Below are positions 1 to 9,072 of a DNA stretch of 64,000 nt, piece after piece. Origin of the DNA: Thiotrichaceae bacterium UBA7357 (GTDB taxonomy: Bacteria > Pseudomonadota > Gammaproteobacteria > Eutrophobiales > Eutrophobiaceae); assembly GCA_002470825.1 (NCBI GenBank), contig DKOR01000023.1:47651-111650 (forward strand), written 5' to 3'. The notes beneath the pieces were generated by a model. That model saw only the letters and a program-made list of their open reading frames with translations, did not search any database and had not been told where the DNA came from. How positions within the stretch are numbered: the stretch's first letter is position 1; the number at the start of each line of letters is the position of its first letter. Position numbers and translations under genes: made by a program.

Positions 1-843
1 TATTTAGCTAATCTCGCCATTGCTTCTGTTTTAATAAACAAAACTACAATTATCCTACAAGATAAGCTCAACCACGCTTCTTTAATCGATGCGGCACAGT
101 TGTCTGTTGGGAGTTTAGTGCGTTATCGACATGGAGACACAAACCATCTCAAAATATTAATGGAGAAATATAAAAAATATAACCTGGTGGTAATGACTGA
201 TGCTGTTTTCAGTATGGATGGAGATTTTGCTCCGATTGTTGAAATTGCAAAACTATGTAAAGAATATAATGCTGTTTTAATAGTTGATGATGCTCATGGC
301 ATAGGTGTTTTGGGTGAGACTGGAGCTGGTTTATTAGAATTAAAAAAACTAGACCAGTCACAAGTGCCGCTGTTGATAGGTACATTTGGTAAGTCATTTG
401 GAGGAAGCGGCGCTTTTATTTCTGGAAACTCATTGTTCATAGATGCATTCATCCAAAAAGCAAGAACTTATATTTATACAACAGCTATTTCGTCTTCATT
501 AGCAGTTACGATGACAAAAGCAATTGAGTTGGTGATAAATGCTACTGAAGAGCGAGAATGCCTATATAGACTGACGGAATTTTATAAAAAATCAATGAGG
601 AAAGTAAATTTAAATTCAAATGAATCCATGTCACACATACAGCCTTATATGGTAGGCAATGCAAACAAGGCAACGAGGTTAAGTGAGTCACTATATCGTG
701 ACAAGTTATTAGTAATAGCAATACGTCCACCAACAGTCTCTAAGAACACTTCACGTTTAAGGATAAGTTTCACTGCTATTCACGACAAGGATCAGGTTGC
801 GCGTCTAGTTAACTGTATAAAGAACAATTTAGATGATGAATAA
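1..843 (+). CDS. bioF: 8-amino-7-oxononanoate synthase, 5'-truncated by the window edge
   Basis: Frame 1 is open from nt 1 (YLANLAIASV...NHASLIDAAQ) into track ORF 100..843. PLP-enzyme motifs DDAHGIGVLG and GTFGKSFGGSG are present. It is followed by bioH-bioC-bioD. Confidence 0.9.
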   Translation, partial: YLANLAIASVLINKTTIILQDKLNHASLIDAAQLSVGSLVRYRHGDTNHLKILMEKYKKYNLVVMTDAVFSMDGDFAPIVEIAKLCKEYNAVLIVDDAHGIGVLGETGAGLLELKKLDQSQVPLLIGTFGKSFGGSGAFISGNSLFIDAFIQKARTYIYTTAISSSLAVTMTKAIELVINATEERECLYRLTEFYKKSMRKVNLNSNESMSHIQPYMVGNANKATRLSESLYRDKLLVIAIRPPTVSKNTSRLRISFTAIHDKDQVARLVNCIKNNLDDE

Positions 844-1576
844 ACATAAACTTAACTGTGTTCTTTTACATGGTTGGGGGACTAATAAATCAGTTTGGGA
901 AAATTTGATTGATAGGCTAAAAGTTTTTAATCATATTGATGCTATATGTCTTTACACGATAGCTGAAGAGATAAAAGCAAATAAGGTGGAAGACTTAGCT
1001 ATTTATATAAAAAGTAAAATTGAAAATGATACCGTGATTATCGCTTGGTCTTTTGGCGGCCTTGTTGCTACACGTATAGCAACGTTAACGGATAAAATAA
1101 AAGGTATTGTTTATATTGCTAGTTCGCCATGTTTTCTTAATAAATCAGACTGGAACAATGTATTAGATAAGAGATTGATCTTAAATCTACAATATAATTT
1201 ATTGAATCACCCCAAAAAGACGATCGATTATTTTTCAAAGCTTATTGTCCAAAACAAACAAGACACGAAAAGGTTGCGGGCAAAAATAAAGTTAAGCGTC
1301 GCTGATGAAAAACATAGTTCAATACTTTTTACTTGGTTGAATGAATTAGTAGAAATAGATCAAAGAAAAGAATTTTCAGCTTTACGCCTACCTATTCAAT
1401 ATTTGATTGCTGAGCAAGACGTGCTTATAAGTTCGGGTATAGCTAAACAATTAAAAGAATTACAACCACAAATGATATGCGAAATTATAAAAAACGGTAG
1501 CCACGCCTTATTTTTTGATCATCCGCAAGAAATACTCAACATGATAAATAGGTTTATAAGTGCTCAAATTGAATAA
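833..1576 (+). CDS. bioH: pimeloyl-ACP methyl ester carboxylesterase (alpha/beta hydrolase)
   Basis: LHGWGTN near the N-terminus, nucleophile elbow AWSFGG and C-terminal GSHALFFDHP. It overlaps the bioF stop by 11 nt and sits in the bioF-H-C-D order. Confidence 0.8.
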   Translation: MMNKHKLNCVLLHGWGTNKSVWENLIDRLKVFNHIDAICLYTIAEEIKANKVEDLAIYIKSKIENDTVIIAWSFGGLVATRIATLTDKIKGIVYIASSPCFLNKSDWNNVLDKRLILNLQYNLLNHPKKTIDYFSKLIVQNKQDTKRLRAKIKLSVADEKHSSILFTWLNELVEIDQRKEFSALRLPIQYLIAEQDVLISSGIAKQLKELQPQMICEIIKNGSHALFFDHPQEILNMINRFISAQIE

Positions 1577-2471
1577 TAATCTTTATGACATTAGAAAACA
1601 TGATGTTTCGCTTGCATTTGATGCAGCCGCGAAAAAATATGATAGAGCTTCGATGTTACAAAAAACTATCGTCGAGCGACTAATTGAGTCATTTGATTTT
1701 ATTAAAATCGATCCACTAACAATTTTGGACATGGGCTCAGGCACTGGTTATGGTTCAAGGCTATTAAAAAAAAGATTTAAAAAAGCACAATACTACCTGA
1801 GTGACATTTCAGGAGAAATGCTAAAAATGGCGCAAAAAAATTCGCCAAGATATTTTTATTTTTCAAACAACCATTTTGTCTGTGCTGACGCAGCTCAAAT
1901 GCCTATACGAGACAACCAGTTTGATCTAGTGTTTAGTAACTTGATGTTGCAATGGTGCAACGATCTGGACTTTGTCTTTGCTGAAGTTAGACGAATGCTT
2001 AAGCCTGGGGGCGTCTTTTTATTCTCAAGCTTTGGGCCAGACACGTTAAAGGAATTACGCGACTGCTGGAAAAGAGTCGACGATGATATCCATGTTAATG
2101 CTTTTGTTGATATGCATGATATTGGTGATTCACTGATTCGTAACGGGCTGCAATCACCGGTGCTAAGCGTTGAAAACATAGTGATGGGTTACAATGATTG
2201 CTTGCAATTAATGCATGATCTAAAAAATATTGGAGCACAAAATGTTAATAAAGGCAGAAGAAAGTCATTAACGGGTAAGCAGCGATTAAATAAAGTTATC
2301 ATGCATTATGAAGAGTTGCGCTCAAATGACAAGTTGCCCGCCACATATGAAGTCGTTTACGGCCATGCTTGGCGGTCTGACAAAGAAAAAATGATTATTC
2401 GCGACATCAAGTCTCAGTCAATATCATTAGATAAGCTAAAACAAGATCTCAAGGCAAGAAAATTAATATAA
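1560..2471 (+). CDS. bioC: malonyl-ACP O-methyltransferase
   Basis: SAM-methyltransferase motif I ILDMGSGTGYG, plus LKPGGVFLFSSFG. The GTG start at 1560 overlaps the bioH end (TTG 1569 is an alternative). Position is between bioH and bioD. Confidence 0.8.
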   Translation: MLKLNNNLYDIRKHDVSLAFDAAAKKYDRASMLQKTIVERLIESFDFIKIDPLTILDMGSGTGYGSRLLKKRFKKAQYYLSDISGEMLKMAQKNSPRYFYFSNNHFVCADAAQMPIRDNQFDLVFSNLMLQWCNDLDFVFAEVRRMLKPGGVFLFSSFGPDTLKELRDCWKRVDDDIHVNAFVDMHDIGDSLIRNGLQSPVLSVENIVMGYNDCLQLMHDLKNIGAQNVNKGRRKSLTGKQRLNKVIMHYEELRSNDKLPATYEVVYGHAWRSDKEKMIIRDIKSQSISLDKLKQDLKARKLI

Positions 2472-2473
2472 TT

Positions 2474-3166
2474 ATGAGAAAAGGTACTTTTATTGCGGGG
2501 ACAGATACTGGTGTTGGAAAAACTTACTTTGCACTTGCCCTGATGGAAGCATTAAAGAGGCAAGGGTACAAAGCTAGTGGTATGAAGCCTGTAGCGAGTG
2601 GCGGGAAATATATTAAAGGCAAACTCATAAATGATGATGCGTATTTAATAATGCAGCATTGTAGTGAGACTATAGATTATGATCTTATAAATCCATTTGT
2701 ATTTGATGAGCCTGTTTCACCTAATTTTGCTGCTAGGCAGGCTGGTGTAATTGTTGAGCTGGCTCCTATACTATCAAGTTACAACCAATTAACCTTATTA
2801 TCTGACTATACGGTTGTCGAGGGTATAGGTGGTTGGCGAGTGCCATTATCTGATGATATTAAAATGAATGATCTAGTACATGAATTAGCATTACCTGTTC
2901 TATTGGTGGTTGGGCTACGTTTAGGCTGTATTAATCACGCAATACTAACAGCAGAGGCTATAAGATCTGATGGCTTAGTATTATGTGGATGGGTAAGCAA
3001 TCAGGTGGAAAAAAATTATCTATACAAAGAAGAAACCAAAATATTATTAAGCAGGGAGTTGGCTTGTCCAAATATTGCAGATCTTGTCTATATGGATGAC
3101 ATAAATTATGCTGAAATGAGTAAAAAAATAGATCTGTCACATATATTAGGTTTTGGTGTTAGATAA
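2474..3166 (+). CDS. bioD: dethiobiotin synthetase
   Basis: P-loop GTDTGVGKT, GMKPVASG and VVEGIGGWRVPL. The ATG lies 2 nt after the bioC stop. Confidence 0.9.
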   Translation: MRKGTFIAGTDTGVGKTYFALALMEALKRQGYKASGMKPVASGGKYIKGKLINDDAYLIMQHCSETIDYDLINPFVFDEPVSPNFAARQAGVIVELAPILSSYNQLTLLSDYTVVEGIGGWRVPLSDDIKMNDLVHELALPVLLVVGLRLGCINHAILTAEAIRSDGLVLCGWVSNQVEKNYLYKEETKILLSRELACPNIADLVYMDDINYAEMSKKIDLSHILGFGVR

Positions 3167-3513
3167 TATAATCTTAAGGTTGCAACAGGTGCCTAATTTA
3201 GGGCATATTGTCGTCCGAAGAAAACTATGGCAATCATAAGGCTGAGGTTCGTTGCCTTAATATATGTGCAATAAAGCTTTATAAGCTTAACCCGAAGAAA
3301 TCGTTTAATCAGGCATTAATAACTTCGAGCTAAAAAAGTATATATAATACAAAGCTTTCAGCATGTTTAGTGTTATGTCATGATCATTGAGTAACGTATG
3401 AGTTGTTTATTTGAACTAAATATAATTATGGTGCGACAAAACAGTTATATAAAGTTAAATTATAAATAAGTAGTCATTAAAAATAAAAAATCATCAATGC
3501 TGAGGATTGTTGT

Positions 3514-4659
3514 ATGTCAGTCGATAAATTAAAACAAGCTGTGTTCGGGTTAGTTGCAGTTTCATTGTTCTTAGTAAGTGGGGCTGTTCTCGCCGAATAT
3601 CCGCTTAATTTGACCGAAGGCGTGACGCCAACCAGTCAAAAAGTTTATGAATTACACATGGCTATTTTGTACATCGTTACGGCAATTGGTATTGCTGTTT
3701 TCGGTGTTATGGCTTGGTCAATTTTCTATCATAGAAAATCAAAAGGCGCAGTTGCTGCTCAATTCCATCACAGTACGGCTGCTGAAATCACTTGGACGGT
3801 TATTCCGATCTTGATTTTGGTTGGTATGGCCATTCCCGCTACTAAAACACTCGTTTTTATGGAAAAAACCGGCGGGGCGGATATGACATTAAAGGTCACT
3901 GGTTATCAGTGGAAATGGAAATATGATTACCTTGATGGTGAGGGTGAAGGGATAAGTTTCTTTAGTGCTTTGTCCGAACGAGATTATGAAGCAAGTCAAA
4001 AAAATTCAGGAATAGACCCGTCGACAATCGAAAATTATCTTAGAAATGTGAACAACCCTGTTGTGCTCCCCGTGGATACAAAAATAAGAATTTTGACTAC
4101 AGCAGCAGATGTCATACATGCTTGGTGGGTGCCTGCTTTGGGCTGGAAGCGCGATGCAGTTCCTGGTTACATTAACGATAATTGGACTTATATAGAGGAG
4201 CCAGGTGTCTATCGCGGAAAATGCACAGAGTTGTGCGGACAAAACCATGGTTTTATGCCTATTGTTTTACATGCCGTTTCAAAAGAAGAATACTCTGTTT
4301 GGGCAGAGGAGCAAAAATCTCTTCAGCTAGCTGCTGCAGACGGTGCAAGCCGTGAATGGTCCAAAGATGAACTATTAGAGAAGGGCAAATCTATTTATTC
4401 TGCAAATTGTGCTTCATGCCACCAAGCTGATGGCAATGGCATAGAGGGTTTATTCCCGGCATTGAATGGTAGTGGAATTGTTAACGGGCCACAGAAAGAT
4501 ATGATTAACTTGCTTCTTAATGGTAAAAACTTGATGCCAGCGTTTAAAGATCAGTTGAATGATACCGATATTGCGGCTGTGATTACCCATGAGCGAAACT
4601 CTTGGGAAAATACAGTAAAAGACGTTGTCCAACCGTCGGATGTAAAAGCAGGAAGATAA
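3514..4659 (+). CDS. coxB: cytochrome c oxidase subunit II with C-terminal fused mono-haem cytochrome c domain
   Basis: Signal-like N-terminus plus two TM helices. CuA site HAWWVPALG...CTELCGQNHGFM. The C-terminal domain carries CASCH and LMPAF. Confidence 0.92.
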   Translation: MSVDKLKQAVFGLVAVSLFLVSGAVLAEYPLNLTEGVTPTSQKVYELHMAILYIVTAIGIAVFGVMAWSIFYHRKSKGAVAAQFHHSTAAEITWTVIPILILVGMAIPATKTLVFMEKTGGADMTLKVTGYQWKWKYDYLDGEGEGISFFSALSERDYEASQKNSGIDPSTIENYLRNVNNPVVLPVDTKIRILTTAADVIHAWWVPALGWKRDAVPGYINDNWTYIEEPGVYRGKCTELCGQNHGFMPIVLHAVSKEEYSVWAEEQKSLQLAAADGASREWSKDELLEKGKSIYSANCASCHQADGNGIEGLFPALNGSGIVNGPQKDMINLLLNGKNLMPAFKDQLNDTDIAAVITHERNSWENTVKDVVQPSDVKAGR

Positions 4660-4713
4660 CCGTAATATTTTAAACAATAATAAACTAATAGATAGTTAAT
4701 AGAGGATAGACAC

Positions 4714-6306
4714 ATGGGTGAAGCAGTTATCCACGAAGATCATCACGATCATAAGCCGACGGGCATAGGCCGTTGGTTGTTTTCGACCAATCATAAGGAC
4801 ATCGGTACGATGTATTTGGTGTTTTCTTTGATTATGTTTTTTATCGGCGGAGCCATGGCAATGGTAATACGGGCCGAACTTTTTCAGCCAGGACTGCAAT
4901 TTGTTGACCCCCAATTTTATAATTCAATGACCACTGTGCATGCACTAGTCATGATTTTTGGTGCTGTGATGCCTGCTGGTGTTGGTTTAGCTAATTGGAT
5001 GATCCCGATGATGATTGGTGCGCCGGATATGGCCATGCCACGTATGAATAATATGAGTTTTTGGATTCTTCCATTTGCTTTTACACTACTATTATCTACC
5101 TTTTTTATGCAGGGAGGCGCACCAGCCGGCGGTTGGACTATGTATCCACCACTAGTATTGCAATTGGGTGATGGTTTCCCTTTCTTAATATTTGCCGTGC
5201 ATTTTTTAGGTATCTCGTCAATCATGGGCGCTATCAACATTATTGCCACGGTTTTTAATATGCGTGCACCAGGTATGACCTTTATGAGGTTGCCTTTATT
5301 CGTTTGGACTTGGATTATTACCGCTTTTTTGTTGATTGCCGCTATGCCAGTATTGGCTGGGGCGGTGACAATGTTATTAACAGATCGATTTTTTGGCACT
5401 GCTTTTTTTGATGCTGCCGGTGGCGGTGATCCGGTATTATTCCAGCATATATTTTGGTTTTTTGGTCACCCAGAAGTTTATATTTTGGTGTTGCCTTCAT
5501 TCGGAATTATCTCACAAATAATTCCAACTTTTGCACGCAAGCCCTTATTCGGCTATGCCTCTATGGTTTATGCGACAGCGTCAATTGCATTTTTATCTTT
5601 CTTTGTTTGGGCGCATCATATGTTTACTGTTGGGATGCCGTTGGCCGGCGAATTATTCTTTATGTATGCAACGATGGCAATTGCAGTTCCAACAGGGGTT
5701 AAAGTCTTTAATTGGACAGCAACCATGTGGAGAGGGTCTATGACATTTGAAACACCTATGTTATTTGCCATAGGTGTATTATTCATGTTTACCTTAGGAG
5801 GTTTCTCCGGCTTGATGATGGGCATAACACCTGTTGATTTTCAGTACCATGATACTTATTTTATCGTAGCACATTTTCACTATGTTCTTGTTCCAGGCAT
5901 TGTCTTTGGTATCCTTGGGGGTGTTTATTATTGGTTACCCAAATGGACTGGTCATATGTATGACGAAACACTTGGCAAGTGGCATTTCTGGGCATCTACT
6001 ATCTCAGTAAACGTTTTATTCTTTCCAATGCATTTCATTGGCTTAGCGGGAATGCCTCGCCGTATTCCAGATTATAGTACGCAATTTACGGATTGGAATA
6101 TGATTATTAGTATTGGTGGCTTTGGTTTTGGATTGAGCCAGCTCTTTCTTGTTTGGGTTGTTATCAAGTGTATTCGTGGTGGAAAAAAGGCTTCAAATGA
6201 GGTTTGGGAAGGCGCTCAAGGCTTAGAATTTACTTTGCCATCGCCTCCCCCCTTTCACAGTTTTACTACACCGCCGATAGTGACTAATGCAACGGCACAT
6301 TCGTAA
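4714..6306 (+). CDS. coxA: cytochrome c oxidase subunit I
   Basis: Haem-copper oxidase signatures WLFSTNHKDIGTMY, FGHPEVYILVLP, WAHHMF and HFHYVL. Multi-TM, 530 aa. Confidence 0.95.
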   Translation: MGEAVIHEDHHDHKPTGIGRWLFSTNHKDIGTMYLVFSLIMFFIGGAMAMVIRAELFQPGLQFVDPQFYNSMTTVHALVMIFGAVMPAGVGLANWMIPMMIGAPDMAMPRMNNMSFWILPFAFTLLLSTFFMQGGAPAGGWTMYPPLVLQLGDGFPFLIFAVHFLGISSIMGAINIIATVFNMRAPGMTFMRLPLFVWTWIITAFLLIAAMPVLAGAVTMLLTDRFFGTAFFDAAGGGDPVLFQHIFWFFGHPEVYILVLPSFGIISQIIPTFARKPLFGYASMVYATASIAFLSFFVWAHHMFTVGMPLAGELFFMYATMAIAVPTGVKVFNWTATMWRGSMTFETPMLFAIGVLFMFTLGGFSGLMMGITPVDFQYHDTYFIVAHFHYVLVPGIVFGILGGVYYWLPKWTGHMYDETLGKWHFWASTISVNVLFFPMHFIGLAGMPRRIPDYSTQFTDWNMIISIGGFGFGLSQLFLVWVVIKCIRGGKKASNEVWEGAQGLEFTLPSPPPFHSFTTPPIVTNATAHS

Positions 6307-6329
6307 ATATAAAGAGGTGGGCTGAAATA

Positions 6330-6452
6330 ATGATTGATGATGATAAGACAATAGCTGAAAAAAAACTAGCAACCAAGAACTTACTATTAGTTATAGTACT
6401 TGGACTCGTCGCGGTTGGTTTTTATGCTGGAATAATCTTGGTGTACACATAG
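6330..6452 (+). CDS. 40-aa single-TM protein, putative small cytochrome oxidase assembly/accessory protein (not in the ORF track)
   Basis: ATG 6330 lies 10 nt after aaagaggtgg. Product is MIDDDKTIAEKKLATKNLLLVIVLGLVAVGFYAGIILVYT. The TAG stop at 6450..6452 is 2 nt before the ctaG ATG, so the ORF is tightly packed inside the cox operon. Confidence 0.55.
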   Translation: MIDDDKTIAEKKLATKNLLLVIVLGLVAVGFYAGIILVYT

Positions 6453-6454
6453 AT

Positions 6455-7033
6455 ATGCGAGATGGCACGAGAGTTACACCTAAGAAGCTTTTTGTTTTTG
6501 CTGCATGCATGTTTGGGTTTGGTTACGCATTGGTGCCTATTTATGACGTGTTGTGCGATGTCACCGGGCTTAATGGTAAAACTGGTGAAGTTTCTCAAGT
6601 AGAAGCAGAAGCTAAGAACGTTGATGTGGAGCGGTTGGTAACGGTAGAGTTCGATACTAATGTGAATCCTGGACTTCCATGGAGGTTTGAAGCAGCAAAA
6701 TTTAAAATGAATGTGCATCCTGGGGAGATTGCTGAAGCAACATTTGTTGTCGAGAATATTTCAGATAAACCAGTTTTAGGTCAGGCCATACCGAGCCTGG
6801 TGCCACCATTAGCGTCGTTATATTTTGATAAAACAGAATGTTTTTGTTTTACAGCACAGCTGCTGAAACCAGGTGAGCGTAAAGAGATGGTGGTGCGTTA
6901 TATTATTGGACCTGAGCTGCCAAAAGATATTTCAATAATGACATTGTCATATACTTTTTTTAGATCCCTTGATGATAATGATGTCGCAGTTTCTGAGACT
7001 AAATTTATCGAGGCGATAAATACTAAAAGTTAG
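6455..7033 (+). CDS. ctaG: cytochrome c oxidase assembly protein CtaG/Cox11
   Basis: N-terminal TM helix, then a soluble domain with the Cox11-type copper motif in FDKTECFCFTAQ. Located between coxA and coxC. Confidence 0.9.
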   Translation: MRDGTRVTPKKLFVFAACMFGFGYALVPIYDVLCDVTGLNGKTGEVSQVEAEAKNVDVERLVTVEFDTNVNPGLPWRFEAAKFKMNVHPGEIAEATFVVENISDKPVLGQAIPSLVPPLASLYFDKTECFCFTAQLLKPGERKEMVVRYIIGPELPKDISIMTLSYTFFRSLDDNDVAVSETKFIEAINTKS

Positions 7034-7063
7034 CAAAATAAATAATAGAAACGAGGAATAGTA

Positions 7064-7957
7064 ATGTCTAACTCTCAAGACGCATATTTTATCCCTGAAC
7101 CAAGTCGCTGGCCTATTGTGGGTACTTTGGCATTGTTCACTTCATTCATTGGTGGTGGCATGATGTTGAATGGTTCTGGTTTTGGCACTTTTATCCTTGG
7201 GCTTGGTGTAGCTGCGGTTGTTTATATGTTTTCTGGTTGGTTTTCAGATGTTATCGGTGAGAGCCTTTCAGGAAGTTATAATAAGCAGGTGGATATAAGC
7301 TTTCGATGGGGCATGAGTTGGTTCATTTTTTCTGAAGTAATGTTCTTCGCCGCATTCTTTGGAGCACTTTTTTATATAAGAGTCTTGTCTGTGCCTTGGC
7401 TCGGCGGAGAAGGTGCCGGTTTTCCAACAAATGAGTTTTTATGGCCTGATTTTCAAGCAGTTTGGCCGCTATTAACGACCCCAGATATGTCCTTAGCTAA
7501 TCCGGATTCGAAATATATGGCTATTAAAGAGGTCATCCCTGCGTTTGATGTTCCTCTTATAAACACGATACTTCTTTTATTAAGTGGTGTGACTATCACA
7601 TTTGCTCACCATGCCTTGAAAAAAGATCATCGCGCACCCTTATGTTGGTGGTTAGCGGCAACCGTACTTTTGGGCTTTGTTTTTGTGTACTTTCAAGTTG
7701 TAGAATATCAACATGCATATCATGAGTTAGATCTAACGATGGAGTCGGGTGTTTATGGATCGACGTTCTTTATGCTGACTGGTTTTCATGGCTTCCATGT
7801 CACTATGGGCGCAACTATGATTCTGGTTATTTTATTTAGGTCGATGAAGGGCCATTTTTCTGCAAAAGATCATTTTGCTTTTGAAGGCGTGGCTTGGTAT
7901 TGGCACTTTGTTGATGTGGTTTGGTTAGGCTTATATGTCTTTGTCTATTGGGTCTAG
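7064..7957 (+). CDS. coxC: cytochrome c oxidase subunit III
   Basis: Seven-TM profile. Conserved TGFHGFHVTMG and AWYWHFVDVVWL. Confidence 0.92.
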   Translation: MSNSQDAYFIPEPSRWPIVGTLALFTSFIGGGMMLNGSGFGTFILGLGVAAVVYMFSGWFSDVIGESLSGSYNKQVDISFRWGMSWFIFSEVMFFAAFFGALFYIRVLSVPWLGGEGAGFPTNEFLWPDFQAVWPLLTTPDMSLANPDSKYMAIKEVIPAFDVPLINTILLLLSGVTITFAHHALKKDHRAPLCWWLAATVLLGFVFVYFQVVEYQHAYHELDLTMESGVYGSTFFMLTGFHGFHVTMGATMILVILFRSMKGHFSAKDHFAFEGVAWYWHFVDVVWLGLYVFVYWV

Positions 7958-8047
7958 TTAAAAAACCAAATAGTATATATATAAACTCTGCATTAGCAGC
8001 GCTTTTCTAGTTTAGGTCAATAATAATTTTTCTCATTTCAGGCAGAG

Positions 8048-8257
8048 TTAAAAACCTGCGCTGTGTGGTTGAATCCAGCCAAGCTTGAAACCTATAAGAA
8101 GCGAGGTAAATAGCAGTATCGAAAGTGCGACTCTGAAAGTAAGCGTTGTAACCATGCGTTTTGATTTAGAATCATCTTTGACAAGAAAAAATCCCCCGGC
8201 TAATAGTGAAGCACCAATTGAGAGAAATAATATTGCGATGTATATTTTAAAAATCAT
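8048..8257 (-). CDS. small two-TM protein (DUF2909-like / HIG1-like) associated with cox clusters
   Basis: 69 aa with two hydrophobic helices flanking a charged loop (LVKDDSKSKRMVTTLTFRV). The same inverted position between coxC and SURF1 is recalled for Pseudomonas-type clusters. Confidence 0.55.
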   Translation of the reverse strand: MIFKIYIAILFLSIGASLLAGGFFLVKDDSKSKRMVTTLTFRVALSILLFTSLLIGFKLGWIQPHSAGF

Positions 8258-8328
8258 AATGTCGATTATTGTTATCTCAGTTTATCGTTCATACATTCTA
8301 CCAGTATAAACAGGATACATTTTAAAAG

Positions 8329-9072
8329 ATGAATTTATATTTTAGAAATTGGTGCTTTAGTCCAGGCTTAATTACGAGTTTATTAGCGATAGGGTTTTTT
8401 GGTTTGTTTGTTTTCCTGGGCTGCTGGCAACTAGATCGCGCAGAACAAAAAAGAAATTTATTTGTCGAATTTGAAAACAGACAGTTAACAGAGGTAATGG
8501 ATTTAAATCAAATTGATAACGCCACTTCAAGTCTTGACAATCTTTTATGGCGACCTGTTAGAGTAAATGGGAGGTTTTTAGAAGATTTTCAAATTTTATT
8601 AGATAATCAGGTACAAAACACTAAAGCGGGGTATTACATTTATACTCCTTTTCGGTTGCTTGATAGTGAGCGCGTTGTTTTAGTTAACCGGGGTTGGCTT
8701 CCTGTAGGACCAAATCGAAAAGTTTCGCCTAGTGTAGTTGTGACGAAAGGTGTGGTGAAAATTAAAGCAATTATTAAAGAAATACCTAAAACAGGCTTAT
8801 TACTAAAAGAGCTTCCGCCAGAAAAAATGAAGAAAGGTTTTTATAGAGTTCAACGAATAGATCTTGCCGAATTGGAAGAATTGACTAATACAAAACTTTT
8901 GCCTTATGTCATCAGGTTGTCACCACACTCAGAGCACGGTTATTATCGGATGTGGCCATTACCGGGTTCGGGTGAGAATAAGCATAACGGTTACGCATTC
9001 CAGTGGTTTGCTTTTGCAACCATGTTATTCATTATTTATTTTTTATTAAATATAAAGCTAAAAGACTTATGA
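8329..9072 (+). CDS. SURF1 family cytochrome oxidase biogenesis protein
   Basis: N- and C-terminal TM helices, VLVNRGWLP and NGYAFQWFAFA motifs, and position in the cox cluster. Confidence 0.85.
   Translation: MNLYFRNWCFSPGLITSLLAIGFFGLFVFLGCWQLDRAEQKRNLFVEFENRQLTEVMDLNQIDNATSSLDNLLWRPVRVNGRFLEDFQILLDNQVQNTKAGYYIYTPFRLLDSERVVLVNRGWLPVGPNRKVSPSVVVTKGVVKIKAIIKEIPKTGLLLKELPPEKMKKGFYRVQRIDLAELEELTNTKLLPYVIRLSPHSEHGYYRMWPLPGSGENKHNGYAFQWFAFATMLFIIYFLLNIKLKDL

Noticed and set aside
3271-3282. Perfect 12-bp palindrome ATAAAGCTTTAT upstream of coxB (with a nearby second AAGCTT)
   Set aside because: Short AT-rich palindromes are expected by chance in this composition. It matches no regulator box I can name (for example not an FNR/ANR TTGAT-N4-ATCAA site).
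4917-5399. 160-aa minus-strand ORF, plus other ORFs at 5454..5825
   Set aside because: These are shadow frames within coxA, which is unambiguously coding on the plus strand.
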